Source: Syncephalis fuscata S228 (lineage: Eukaryota; Fungi; Zoopagomycota). From it: a DNA stretch of 64,000 bases. Within the stretch, counting starts at the first letter, position 1; every line of letters begins with the position of its first letter. Below are positions 39,567 through 53,166 of this stretch, one piece after another. Position numbers and translations under genes: made by a program. The notes below the pieces were generated by a model that was given only the letters and a program-made list of their open reading frames with translations, searched no databases and had not been told where the DNA came from. Location: assembly GCA_025786725.1 (NCBI GenBank), contig JAHLTZ010000017.1:434001-498000 (forward strand). Reading direction: 5' to 3'.

Positions 39567-39732
39567 GCAGTGGTAGATGGATGATGGTTAGAACTCAACT
39601 AACAAGCTGAGTGTGCGTGTGTGTTGATTAGCTTATTGTTTTTTTTAGTAAAAATGTAACTTTTTCTCGTCTCATTTATCTGCTATTTGTGTGTCATATT
39701 CTAACGGTTGTACTTTTATAAACTTTAACCTA

Positions 39733-42700
39733 ATGACTACACAAAAGGTATTATTGTATAGAATGACGGTCATTATAGAGAGTATGAGTCTAATAAATAG
39801 TATAGAGAAAACAACCACGCAAAAGTAGTAATACTGACAAGACTGATGACCATACGAATGAATTGCTACCTAACTCGACTCATAATGACAATTCCTGTGT
39901 ACTAGTTAAAGACACCACTATATTAGCTATGGACACTAAAGAAAAGCCGAGTAGTTCAGTATCAACTCGTTCGTCTCATTCAAAAAAGTTACGACCTGTC
40001 ACTCAGGTATTTATTATGGATATATAGTATATTTAATAGACTGTATTTTTTAATTATTAATGTTGTAGCGTCGATGGATCATGCCTGACTTTGATGATAA
40101 TGATGATAACAGAAATAGTCATAGTGGCCAACATCAAGATGTACCGGAGAATGATAAGAATGAAGAAGAAGAAGAAAATGACAGTACATGGTTCAGTAGT
40201 TCATCAAATATACGACGACGTAGAAATAAACGGAAATTGAATAGCACATCTATGAATATATCTGCACTACAATCAGCATTTCGACCTCTTGATACTACAA
40301 TGGCTAGTTCATTGGCTGCAACACCGACTACACCATCAGATCTACTATGGGTTGATAAATATGCACCAACTACAGTGGTGAGAGTGATTAAGCTGTTATA
40401 TAGTATATACTAATAGAGTGAATAGTCTGAATTGGCTATTCATAAGCGTAAAGTTGCTAGTGTGCGCCAATGGTTAGAAGCAGCTTATGATCCACGATCA
40501 AGTAGACAACAAGTAAATAAACGGTTGATGTTACGATAGAGATGGACTAATCTATTTATTTGTACGTAGAAATTACTTGTGTTAACTGGTCCATGTGGCA
40601 GTGGAAAGACAGCAACTGTACGGGCATTAGCACATGAAATGAATATTACTATTAATGAGTGGATTACACCCATTATTTCTACTAATCTACGTCATCACAG
40701 TCAATTATTAACACAAGGTAACTAATTAATTAACTATTGATTACAACTGTTTAATGTTAATAAACATGGATAGATGTCAATAATGATTATACATCATTAA
40801 CTCAAAGATTTAGTGAATTTATGATGAGTGCTGATAAATATACACCATTGGCATTACCCAGTTTAGCTAGTGGATCATTACCATTGTCATCTACTCGGAC
40901 ATCAGAGACTACGTCCAATGCAAAGACACTATTGCTTATTGAAGATTTACCTAATCTTAGACATGAAACTACATCACAAACATTTGAACAAATTCTACTA
41001 CGGTTTATAAATGGAAGGATGTGTGGTAAACCAGCGATTATTATCCTATCCGATGTATCTGATAAACAAGATGCTGACGAAGTTGCTGAACATTACGGAA
41101 GAGTACGGACTGCATTGGCTGGTCGGCCATCTCTACCTATTAGTATTACTAATTCACCTCAATGCCAAGAGATTAGGTAATACTACATACTATATACTGT
41201 ATTCAATGGTATACTCATAGTCTATGACATGCTAGATTTAATCCAATTGCGCCTACTTTTCTCAATAAGGCTCTCTATCGTATAGTGAATCGAGAACGGC
41301 CACAGCTGATTGAACAAGCTTCAGCATTATCGGCGCTACTGCAATCGATTGTCTCCAATGTGAACGGAGATATACGCGCTGCTATTAATAAACTGCAATT
41401 CCAGATTATTAGTGAACCTACGGGCCGCTTATCATCCTCTACAATCATTACGTCACAACAAGACGAAACGCTCTCTTATTTCCATGCGCTGGGTAAAATT
41501 CTGTACAATAAACGTAAGTAGAAAGCGATAGAAAGCGATAGAATTTCTGTCCCGGGCGAGCATTAATGCAGTATGCATATGCAGGTAAACCACAACATGA
41601 TTTAAAAAATACTGGTTTGGCCGATGGTGGCCGTAACAAGTCTAACTACAAGGATGGTGAAAGTATGGTCGAACCAGAGGTAGCGTCATATTGCATATTG
41701 CTATAACATCTCTACTGATTACTTTGTCTATATACGTAGCGAGTGGTTACTGCAGCTGGATTGGACCGCGAACAATTTATGCTATTTCTACATCAGAACT
41801 ATGCACTGTTTACCGACGATATCGAGACATGTAGCGCAGCGATAGCACGGCAAAGTATGGCCGACACCATGCTTGGTCATTGGTCGGTAAGTAAACAATG
41901 CCGTTCAACATGAACATTAAGGCCTTGTAAGTCTACACGCGTTTTTACCACTTACTGATCGCCATGGCATGACATATAGACGCGAGCACAAATGCTGCCC
42001 TATGCAACATTGGCATCACTACGTGGATATATGTGGGAAACCCGTAACAGAAAGCCGTCGTCTGGTTTTCAACCATTGTACAAACCGGATCTATGGAGCG
42101 TGCGACGTGCTCAGCAAAGTTATGCTACTAAATTGGCACCCGTCATTGTCGAGTTAAATGCAACGACCCCGACTTTGCGTGCAGGAGGTAAGGCGACATC
42201 GATAATGACAACGAGGACGTGTTTAACTGTCAGTTCATATCATTTGTTCCAATAGATTCTACGGTTAGTGGTAATTACAATTTGGATGTACTGCCTTATC
42301 TACGTCAACGAAAACGAACAATGACACGAAATAAACAAACTGGGTTAAGAACCTATGGTGAAGAGACATACTGGGTGCATCCAACTGCAGCGAAAATGCT
42401 TAGCGAAGGTGAGTCAGTCAGTAACATGACCATGAACGTGATTATTATGCTGTGATGATGGACACTAATATTGCCATTCACTACCCCGCATTATGTAGAT
42501 GCGCTAGCATTTCTGGCATCATCATCGATATTTCAAAAAATACGGCCTTCCCCAAGTATGCTATCAAGTACGGAAAATATAGACGTGGATGGAGATGAAC
42601 CGGCCAAGGCAGATGCAACAATGACGCCAGCTTGTGATAAAGTAATCTCTAATATTTGTCATCAAGATAGAAGTAGTCATCGTAGTGATCACAATGGTAG

Positions 42701-42743
42701 TAGCATGGATGTAATAGATCCAGTAGAAAACTGGAATTTTTAA
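39733..42743 (+). CDS. RAD17: Checkpoint clamp loader Rad17/Rad24, multi-exon (start and 3' exon structure uncertain)
   Basis: LWVDKYAP, LAIHKRKV, Walker A LTGPCGSGKT, LLIEDLPN, FNPIAPT, GDIRAAIN.LQF, FHALGKILYNKR, LFLHQNY. Confidence 0.9.
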
Positions 42744-43017
42744 TAAAACACGTGCGCAACATTTCGTAGTTTCCACAAAAGTCTTCCATCATTCTAAAAA
42801 GTGACATGTATGATATCATTTGATTGAGATACAACACTATTAACAAATGATATTTATGACTATGCCAAACATGATTGGTCAATATCTAAACTTGGCCGAT
42901 GTTTTCGGGCCGATCAGCAAATAGCGCTGATTCGTTTATAAAAGCTATTTTATAGATAAAGAAAACAACTTTAGATTCATTATCGACAAAAGATAATATA
43001 TGTGCTTTGCTTTATCC

Positions 43018-44732
43018 ATGAACCGTTTTGCTAGTTTACCTTATGACATTCTGTGCCGTATTGCATTGGCCGCTAGACCAGCGGATGTTATGCAATTGGC
43101 AGCTACATCTCGTGAGTTATTTTTTCGGTTGGCTTGCGACGAAACATTTTGGCGGATTTTACTTCATTACCATTTCCCTTCCAGTCCTCTGGAGGACGAA
43201 TGGGCGTTGTGGTGCCTATTTGAGCCAATGAAAGACAGCTCAACCTTGTATTTTAAACACAGCTCAGGCCAATCAGACCAAGTTGGTGTTGATTTAGATG
43301 CATTACACACCTTTAGTCGACGCTATTGTCTAGATCAGCATTGGCGACACGGGCGCTATCGGGTCGTGGACATCTTGTACGCAGATCCAGCTCAAGAAAG
43401 CCGCCGGATTGGATGCAGCACCAGCAATGGCAGCAGTCAAACAGTCAGTATCAGGGATGAAGGCGGTAGTCATCGAAGCCATTTAGCAATGATTCAGCAA
43501 ACGACCGGCTACACATTGCTGTATGACTTTGCTCGTCGACAGCTTTTAATGATGACGCATCGTATACCCAAACAACAAGGACCAAATGACGTGACGGTTT
43601 CTAGAACCTTTCCTGAAATTATGAATTTACCTAAAGGACTTATTCCTTATCCGTATGCTACGGATGCGCGACTAAACGCTTTTTTTATTGCTCTACGCTG
43701 TCAGCGCGTTGTCGAAATGACCGTGCATCTTGTGCTGTATCAGCGTGCCTCTCTTACTCATTTTTACTCGCGTATATTACCTGTTGATTCAAAACTTTGT
43801 GAACTGTGTGACGTTGGCTGTTGACCCGTGATGGTAGACGCGCCACTAATTGGTCTTTGTATGATTTGATGGTAAACGATGAGCCCAATGTTTGGAATTG
43901 GTGTCATACCCAAAGTCATTGTCATCTCCAGATTTCTCGAACATGGCCACGTAAACTGAACAATAGTCCAAGCGAAAAAGTAGCGCTTGTACCATCAAAA
44001 AATGCCACAAACATTTCCACAGAAATAATATCTAAGCTAAACCATTTGGCAATTTTTCGCGTTTATCGCGCAAATCCAGAATGCGCCCTTATAAAATGGG
44101 AGCTTTTACGGCTACGTGCCGGTCATTTAGAGACAAAGCTGCGTAGCGGTGAGTTTCAACCAGAAAATGCTACCGGATTCCGGCGCAAGTTAAAATCCAT
44201 TTGGCTGGGAAATCAAAATGTGTTGCTGCAAAGCGGAGCCAGCGGTAGTAAAGTGAACTGGCTAGCCTTGCTATCGCTATCCCAAGCGAGACTAGTATGG
44301 GAGTACTCAAACCCAGGTGAACTTGTGTTAAATTTTGCTGAATACGGATTTTTAGCCCAAGGGATGAATGCACGGCAGGTGCAGTCCGTGCCATTTGAAA
44401 CGCCACCGGCAGCTTCGACGGCTCGAGCCACAAGCATTGTCGAGCTACGCCTTATTAGCATTACAAATGGCACGGTACTTCGTCGTTTTTCATGCCATTG
44501 GTGCTATCATCCAATTCGTATTATCGGTACGCTATGCCTAATAGGTACAGTCAATCCCGATGGCCAGCATAATAGTAACTGTGTCGTTGACTTGGCCAGT
44601 GGCCGAATTCTTTGTGTTCTCGACGTGCCTCGAAATAGTATAGGGGCCATTAAAACGACCGTAGTTACTGGCTGTGTAGGATTTAACGATTCTGGCTGCA
44701 TGCGGCTATTTTCGTTTGATTACCAAGATTAA
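43018..44732 (+). CDS. F-box protein with beta-rich C-terminal region, intronless, split by an apparent 1-nt frameshift at ~43810
   Basis: F-box FASLPYDILCRIA...DVMQLAATSRELF...FWRIL..HFP and LDQHWRHGRY; ORFs 43000-43824 and 43821-44732 abut in different frames. Confidence 0.7.
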
Positions 44733-45414
44733 TACTGGCCATTGTGGTAGTTGGTCAACCTATAGCATCATTGTTAGCTTAAGTGTAAGTAACTTTAGTG
44801 AAATTGACATTATTTACTTTTAGTGAACCATAAATATCAATAATGAATATTATTATTATTATTAAGTAATATATAATGATTATAACATTAAGGCCGTTAT
44901 GCGCAATATGAATCGACCATAGCAACATTGATATACAACCTATTTAATAGAAAATGAATAATCAAATAGTATATTTAATTATTACTTTAAGCAAGCATAT
45001 TAGCATCAATCAATTAGAAACAACAATTTTATATACAATATAGATCAGCAATTATAAATAAGCAATAATATCGATACATTAGCAACATATAATTATTAAG
45101 CAATGGAAATTCAACAACATTGTATACATAGCAAAATTTAAATAATTTATTACTACCAATTAGACATTACAATTATAGCACTAGCTACATATCTTATCAA
45201 TAGCGACTTTAAAAATTTAGATACGATATGAACAAATCACATCAAATATTCAAACGATCAAATTACAATTGTACTACTTGGCTCATAACAAAATCAATAG
45301 AAATATAAATTAAATTCTACTGAGTCCTAATGAAAATTCCATCCTAGTTGGAGTTGCGTGGTTATACACATTACAATTATAATATTTCATAATAAAAACG
45401 ATATTAATAAATTG

Positions 45415-45515
45415 ATTTAAATAAAAGAATGTAGCATACTATTTGATTTCATTGAAACATTTGAGGTTGATCATTGTTGTTGTTGGCCATGTATAGAAAG
45501 ATTGATCGAATATTG
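45415..45515 (-). repeat. ~100-bp dispersed intergenic repeat, copy 2
   Basis: Reverse-complement match to 33088-33186. Confidence 0.8.
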
Positions 45516-46488
45516 ACATATTACAATGCGTTACATTTACTACCATTACAACTATACTAGCTACTTTAGCAATGATGTTGGTAATTATTTAGTTAATTGT
45601 TTTATTTGATTGTGTCCATGTTGTTGCACCAATGTATACATGCTATGTACCATTTCATTTTTAACTTTTAATTTTAATTCTTGTTAAATAAAGTATATCA
45701 TTATATAAAATATTGTGTGTCATTTAACATTATATACAATTTAATTAAATTTATTAACCATTTATTGTTTATTTGGTGGTCAAATGACCATTTTAATAAC
45801 ATCCATTCTATTGAACATGATGATGGGCGGCGAGTGACGTCAATCATCAAAATACTCATCATTGTAAATTTAGTATCAAGCTTAGTCATTCAACATCAGA
45901 TTAAACTAAATGACTAATAAATTGTTTAATGTACAAAAATAGTTGCCATTATTTAATTAATAAATAATGTAATATATACAATCCATAATCGAGTAAAATT
46001 GTACATATAAAGACTATGAACAAATTGAAATACAATTGGAAGAGTTGTTCAAATGATAAAGTAAAACAAAGAATAAAAATTAATCGTATAAAACCAAGTA
46101 TGTTTATAGAACAATGCCATCAGTAAAGTAATGGCAGCATTAACAAAAAAGTATTCTGTTTATTTATATAACTAGTACTGCATAATATTTTTGCTAACAT
46201 ACATAAAATGCGACATACTGTGCATTCAGAAAGATAATATAATGTCCTACTAGTTATATAGATAAACAGAATATATCTATTTTAACAAGTATGGATTTAT
46301 TACAATTGTGTGCACACGCTATTTGAAATCCACTAAAGCAAATAGACATGTACAACAAAAACGCAAACAATCAATATCTGTATATGAATGACAGATCTAC
46401 AAGTCATTGAAATCAAAAGTGCCAACAATGTACACATTAATATCATTGTATTACTAAGTGTTACAGCTCTTCTTTCTGCCTTTTCAGT

Positions 46489-47221
46489 ATGTCAATGGCC
46501 AGCCGTTTTTTACGGTATGGCCGGCAAGCCGCTTTTGCACTGCAGTTTGGCTGCTTTGCTCATTTCGTCAATGAGTATGTAGCCGGCATTAGTAACGTAA
46601 CTATACCTATTTTTACATAGATTCAACCAACTAACTGAATTCAAGTGCTCTGGCCCGTCTATGCTACCCACGCTAAACAATGACGGCGACGTTATTGCTA
46701 TTGAAAAAGTAACAACGCGTATTATGCAGTCGAACGAATCTAGTTCGGTAGCGCCAAAGGGAATTGGTCTTGGTGACATTGTCATTAGTGTATCGCCACT
46801 CGATCCACATAAACACGTTTGCAAACGAGTACTCGGTCTAGTAAGTTACCCATTTATTATTCAATAATTGCATGTAACGCTGAAAGCTGAACTAGCCTGG
46901 CGATAGCGTGTGCATCGATCCAACCAAAGACCCAACACGTTTTGTTACCGTAAGTAACACGCCATTACTCTTCCTATCATCATATTCATTGATGATAGGT
47001 ACCACGCGGCCATGTATGGCTACAAGGCGACAATATGGAAATTCAACCGACTCTAGACAATATGGACCAGTACCATTGGCCATGTTGCGTGGACGGGTCA
47101 TTGCACGGGTAAGTATACTGCATTTATCATGGCTATTATCATTTAATAGGCGTATTACAACTAGGTATGGCCCGATCCATGCTGGATCACTAATGGACTA
47201 CAAGTCATTAATAACAACTAG
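46489..47221 (+). CDS. IMP1: Mitochondrial inner membrane peptidase subunit 1 (S26), 5 exons, apparent frameshift at ~47040
   Basis: GPSMLPTL (catalytic Ser), VCKRVLGLPGD (Lys), VPRGHVWLQGDN, NSTDSRQYGPVP. Confidence 0.88.
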
Positions 47222-47270
47222 ACACTTTGTATTTAATTTAATAAAATCAAGGTTTATTTAAATCGCATAG

Positions 47271-48293
47271 CTAATCCTTCAAAGTCATGTCTTCAAGCAC
47301 ATTACCGTTATCTGATTCGGGCTCATCCTCTGTTTCAGGGATCATTTCATTAGCCTCGGACTGTGACTTAACGCTTAGTGCATTCATTAGAATGGTGCCA
47401 GCATTCGAGACGCCCAATGATGTCATTTGATTATGCATAGGTATTTGCACGCCAATAGCATTGGGCAGCATATGGAATGGCATGTACAAATTGCTAGAAG
47501 CAACAAATAACGCAAACTTCTCTGGCAACTCTCCTAATGGACGATCAGCCGGCCAATTGTACCACCAAAATCCATTATGCATTTGTCCTTTTCGTTGTTC
47601 TTTGTTGGCAACTGACTTCCTTAGCTTATTAGGTGGCAAAGCAATGATCGGTGTAAGGCCGTGTTGTTTTGTGTATTCAATAAATTCGTAAACATTGCCT
47701 TCTTTGTAGGGACAGTCAAACACAGCATCGTGTGATACACGTTGAGCAGTGTCGTTGTAAATATCGCAATTACGTCGCATTAAATAGGCACCGTCCCAAT
47801 TGAAGGCTTGAACTGCCCGAATAAGCAATGCAAACTGCTCTTCATCGTTTACGCCCTGTAATGCCAGTATACGTTTTGGATTGTCGCCTATTTTCGTTAT
47901 TGGCAAATCAACTTCTGCCCATAGCTCGTGTGGGTCTGGACGAGCTTTACTGCCAAACATACGGCGAACAACATCGACATTGACGGCAATATATTTGTCG
48001 GCTTCATAATGATCCCATGGTGCTTCTAATAACTCGCTACTAGGTGCAAATGTCGGTTTACGGACACGAGGGTCAACCGTTAGACCAAGTGTACGTATTT
48101 TAACACCTTTATCGACAAGTTTATCTATTGTTTTCTTTGTCATTACTACAACGCGGCCCTCTTGGCGCCGTAGTAGCTTTTTCTCGCGCAATGAAACCAA
48201 TTTACTAATGAATTGATCTTGTGGCGACCGAATAAATCGTAAGCCTTTTGGAAATGTCCGAAGGACTTCATCTTTCATCCAAATAAGCACCAT
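47271..48293 (-). CDS. SpoU/TrmH-family (SPOUT) RNA methyltransferase-like protein with degenerate motifs, intronless
   Basis: N-terminal IRSPQDQFISKLVSLREKK..RRQEGRVVV; motif-1-like ILALQGVNDEEQFALLIRAVQAFNWDG; motif-3-like VQIPMHNQMTSLGVSNAGTILM. Confidence 0.7.
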   Translation of the reverse strand: MVLIWMKDEVLRTFPKGLRFIRSPQDQFISKLVSLREKKLLRRQEGRVVVMTKKTIDKLVDKGVKIRTLGLTVDPRVRKPTFAPSSELLEAPWDHYEADKYIAVNVDVVRRMFGSKARPDPHELWAEVDLPITKIGDNPKRILALQGVNDEEQFALLIRAVQAFNWDGAYLMRRNCDIYNDTAQRVSHDAVFDCPYKEGNVYEFIEYTKQHGLTPIIALPPNKLRKSVANKEQRKGQMHNGFWWYNWPADRPLGELPEKFALFVASSNLYMPFHMLPNAIGVQIPMHNQMTSLGVSNAGTILMNALSVKSQSEANEMIPETEDEPESDNGNVLEDMTLKD

Positions 48294-48526
48294 ATTGACA
48301 GATTCACGAGTAGCCTCACCAATATAAATAGCGAGAGGTCACTTGTTTCTTTTCGTTAAGTGATTCAAATGAAAAGTGTTGTTGTAAATGTATAAGCTGC
48401 TTAAAAATAAAAAATAAAAAAATAAATTCATGTTTAATAACAACGATTCATAAAGTTAATTATTTCTAAGAGTACAACATTTGCATTATCTTTCTATTTT
48501 ATTGCTGTTACTCGTTTATTTTCACC

Positions 48527-49375
48527 ATGACGACCGCACATCGTCCAACATTCGATCCGGCTCGTGGTAAAGATAATAAAGCACCAACGCTAAGCGTGAG
48601 TTCTCATGCACTTCCATCGCATACCAAGTTGAAGTACCGGTAAGCAAAACTAGTATGAGAGAGGCGATTAGTTTATACAGATGAATGTAGCGAAGGTGCT
48701 GGCCCTATCAATGAAAAGGCTGCCTTAAGAGAAGAATTGCTACGTGCTGAACGCAAGCACTATGGCAAGGCCCTTGATGATGAAGGCATTGAAGAAGAGA
48801 TCTCGATTAAATATATCCAAGATGCCCAAGCAATTGCAAGTAGTGGCATTACTACACTTGATGATGAACAGCGACAACAAATGCTCGAAAAGGCACGCCA
48901 ATTAGATGCCGATGAAGACGACGATAGTGATGGTCACGATAAGCATAGTGACAAGGATAGTCAGAGTAGTGATGAATCTAGCGATGATGATGAAGAGGAT
49001 GACGACGACGATGACGATGCCGAGGAATTACTTCGAGAGCTGGAGAAGATAAAACGAGAACGGGCTGAAGAAAAGGCACGTCAAGAGGCTGAAGCAGCCG
49101 AGGAAGAAGAAAGAGAACGAGGAGAGCAGGTATTAACAGGCAATCCATTATTAAATGTTGGAGCGCGCGACTTTACTGTAAAGCGTCGGTAAGTAACACT
49201 GTTAAGCCATTTAGTTAACACTATTAACACACTATTCATTAATACTAGATGGGATGATGACGTGGTATTTAAAAATCAAGCAAAAGGTGTCGATGATAAG
49301 CCAAAGAGACGATTTGTTAATGATTTAATTCGATCTGATTTCCATCGTAAATTTATGGATAAATACGTCAAATAA
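48527..49375 (+). CDS. CWC15: Pre-mRNA splicing factor Cwc15 (3 exons)
   Basis: [67 protein letters not shown]. Confidence 0.97.
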
Positions 49376-49522
49376 TGCGTTCTCTTTACTTTATCTTTTC
49401 GTTCAATACAATAGCATTCATTTATCAACTATATGAATATTTCTAGGCGACTAGAACCATATGTGTAAATAGTGCTCAATGACACTGATAATAGTGCGAG
49501 TGGCTATAATAATAGTAGAATG

Positions 49523-50558
49523 TTAGTTACGAAGTGCCTCCAAACGTGCTTGCATCGCTTCAAATTCCGGTTCATCCTCTTCAACAGCTTCAATAGGTAC
49601 TGTAGCCACTGATTCAGATGACATCTAAATAAATAATATATGTTATTATTATTATAATAATACAATATATAGTATATGATAATTACCTCAATGGTTGCTG
49701 GTACAGTACTTGCTTCGCCCAGTTTGCCTAATATTAATAGCAGGTCATTAATATTAGCTATATTGAAAGCACGTATTCTAATAGCTTACCATCTGTAACT
49801 TCAAACAAAATCTTTTCAACTTCTTCGTCAGCCTCATCTTCCAACTCTTCATCGTCTATCATATCCATAGTATCCTCCATCATCTCACCAATAACTCCCG
49901 CCTATATAGAATAGCAATATTTATTACATCTATTAATATAATAGCACAAATAAAATTTACCTTCATCATTTCCATTGACATAGTTTGCATTTGGGCCGAT
50001 AGTTCTGGCACACGTACAAGTCGATTGACGGCTTTCATTACTTCAGTACTTTGCTTAAGCGTACCAGACATTTTAAGCATGGCTATTGAGATTATTAAAT
50101 ATTAGTCATACATATACACACACATATATATATTCTATATACCATACTTACCCAATTGATGCTGTAATTGCATGTTGATCGAGTTTAAATGTGCCTTATT
50201 TGTGTGTAAACGTGTTTTCTGTCGTTGTGAACGAACGAGTTCTTTGGCAAGCATTCGACAACTGGCCGTATCTTTTCTACCGGCTGCTTGTTTTATTGTA
50301 CGTTTGACTTTAAGCTCTTCTGCCTCGATACTGCGTATTTGTCGCTCAAGTTGACGTTCCTGTGCACGAATACCCTGGCGCCACTCTCTTACCTACATAC
50401 TATCTCGTTAGTGGTCTAATCGGTAACTGTACTGTTGGCCAATATTAATTCATACTCATCTAATAGGAGCAGTATTATAATCTAACGTATTTTCTATTGT
50501 TTACATACCAACTCATCGGTTTTTTAGTTCGGAAAATAAAGCGCGATACTGTCTCCAT
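49523..50558 (-). CDS. VPS24: ESCRT-III subunit Vps24/CHMP3, multi-exon
   Basis: VREWRQGIRAQERQLERQIR, LAKELVRS, KAHLNSI.MQL, STEVMKAVNRLVRVPE, EMMKAGVIGEM, EADEEVEKILFEVT, MQARLEALR. Confidence 0.93.
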
Positions 50559-50891
50559 AGTGTAATTACTGAATTGCCAGAATAGCGATGAAAGAATAAA
50601 GGAATCACGGACAAGTTAAATATATCACAAGATTAATTGTCACGCTGTTATTTACTTGTAATTGTTGTTATGGCTATTGTTATGGCAATGACTAACATTG
50701 TGCACACAGCGTAAACAACACACCCATAACATCTACCCTTTATACTATTGATGGTTGACAGTTTAAAGTATTCAATTCAGTCTAAGTGCCATCAACTAAT
50801 ATATGCACACATATACATATGAATAGTTAAAGGGTATAGATACGTATATAATATTTTAATATAAACGCAATAATATAGAATGCAACAGTAT

Positions 50892-51811
50892 CTAAACATG
50901 GTCGTTTTCCAACTTTTTGTTACTTGTCGCATGGCCTGACATAAAGTCAGACTTATTGGATCCAGCATCGGCTAGCTTCATTGATTTAAATCCTGAACCA
51001 TAGCTAATTGTCTGGCCCATAATAATGAAATCAACTGTCAACTGGAAAATACCACAAAGTAAAAATTGTAATGGTGCTTCTGTTGTGTAATAATAGGCGG
51101 TTTTGAATAAATCACCTCCCAACCAACTTAATAATACAATGGGGCTATGTGCACCATATATATGTTATTATTAATACATGTCATTATATATATATCCATT
51201 TACCTAAAGCCATCAACAGATTTACGCTGATAGTTTGTAATTGCTTGGGGTACCGGTAACATTGCTTCCGTACCGACTGCCAAGTAACCAATTACATCGA
51301 TATACCATTCCTTTCGTCCGAGTAACAACTGCAGCACACCTAGACCGACCGCTATTTGGCCAAGGAAGCTAAGATAGTCGGTAAAGCGTGGCCAGCGCCA
51401 TAGTCCTCGTTCATGTTGCCACGCACCGCCCGGCTCGTCAAACGACCGACAGCGTAGACAGAGATGAAGTAGTGCAATTTGCGCTATAATCATCAACAAA
51501 CTCTGCCAGAGGAGTGTGTCATCAAAACGACGACCAAACCTACATATGGTTAGTTGTGCCAGAATCCTTATTTGAAGCGAATAGCTTACCAAAAGAATAT
51601 ACGTAGTAGACTTTAAAAGCCAGTAACTTATTAGACACGAAGGGCCGCTGATACTATAAATGGTCGCTACTTACTTGCCAACCAGCAATAAACCACAGAT
51701 GGCCGTGGAGAAGCCACGTCCCGAGCCAGTACGACGCATTGTATTATATTGATCGATATAAGCGGCCGGTGGGCCGAATATCATAGCCAGTTGAAAAGCA
51801 ATACCAAACAT
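50892..51811 (-). CDS. PQ-loop membrane protein (PQLC1/Any1-like), 4 exons
   Basis: AYIDQY, GFSTAIC, LRIFFWFGRRFD..LLWQS, EAMLPVPQAITN, GGDLFKTAYY...APLQF. Confidence 0.85.
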
Positions 51812-53166
51812 GATTTAGGAATAAACAGCAACAACAACAGCAAGTGTAAAGATGGTAACAATGGCAAATAGAAATAGAAATAAGAATGAATTTATTAGTC
51901 ATTGTTGTCGTCATCTTAATATTTGATTCACGTCACATCCACTCATACAACCACAGATAGACAGATAAATGTACATTATTCTTTAGTCAGTTTTGTTGTA
52001 GAAATTCCTACTAAACATATAATTACTGCGTTATACTATATTGTAGAAAAAGCGTATAAAACTGTTAAAAAGTGATGCCAGAATTATATCATTTACATGA
52101 ATGAATGTTTCTTTATTCTTGGGTTTAGTTGGCTTCATTATTATGACTTGAATATACGTAATGATGCCATGTATGTATAATTATATTTATGTCTATACTA
52201 GAGATATAAAATAAAGCAAAGTAGTATTAAGTTGAGGGCATATCTAGATTAAGCCAGATTTTATTTAATGATCACATTATAATATAATAACATTAATATT
52301 ATAATCTGTGCGTAGAAGACTTTGTATGGTATATACTACAAACAAGGCATTAACCAACATGCAACTGCCTAATGGATTATAGGCGGGTTGGCACTCGTAA
52401 ATGAGAATTATCACCAATTAATATGCTATGCATTGTTACAGATTATTCAAACTGATTGCATTTACAAAAATTACCTTATAGATGTATTTCAGTATTTGTA
52501 CACTGTGTAGTATACGGTCTAGTCAATTGTGTGCTTTTAAGGCTAAACAGTCAGTTAAATCGATGTTTAAGCATAACATTCTTTTCTAAAACTAAATAAT
52601 TGCAACATTTATCAATTGACATCGGCATTCAATAAAAATAGGTTTTGTATAAGCAGTTAGTTTTTATGCATTATTTTCTGAATACTTTTTATTAATAGTC
52701 GGTAAGCGACATTGTATATTGATTAATTACACGCTAATCGCATGTTACGCATTTACGACTTTAATAGCGCGTATTTATAGTTTGTAAGTGACATTTTATA
52801 TCAAGTATCTATTTGCTAATTACAGTCATAAATTGTATGCGCCTAATAATATATATATTGATTTATAATTTGATTATGTAAGAATGTTGACAACAGATAC
52901 ATATAATTATGATGTATTGCTATCAATATGAATCAGCGTATGTTTAGTAAAATTGCCGTTCAAGTAACAATTTATTATCTAGAAATCATGACTATACACG
53001 CTGTCAGTTTAATCATTTGCATCCATTTGTAACTATGTTGTGAATAGCACCAAAATTATCAGCACTATACAGTCAGCTTGATCTCATATTAGGATATGGT
53101 TGTCATGATAGTTGAATAAATACAAGATGTGTCTTTTAACTAAACTGTTGGATATTTTATTATCAA

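Noticed and set aside
51900-53100. 1.2-kb AT-rich gap between the PQ-loop gene and DPL1
   Set aside because: No ORF, repeat or RNA gene recognisable by eye; no tRNA or rRNA recognised anywhere in the window.
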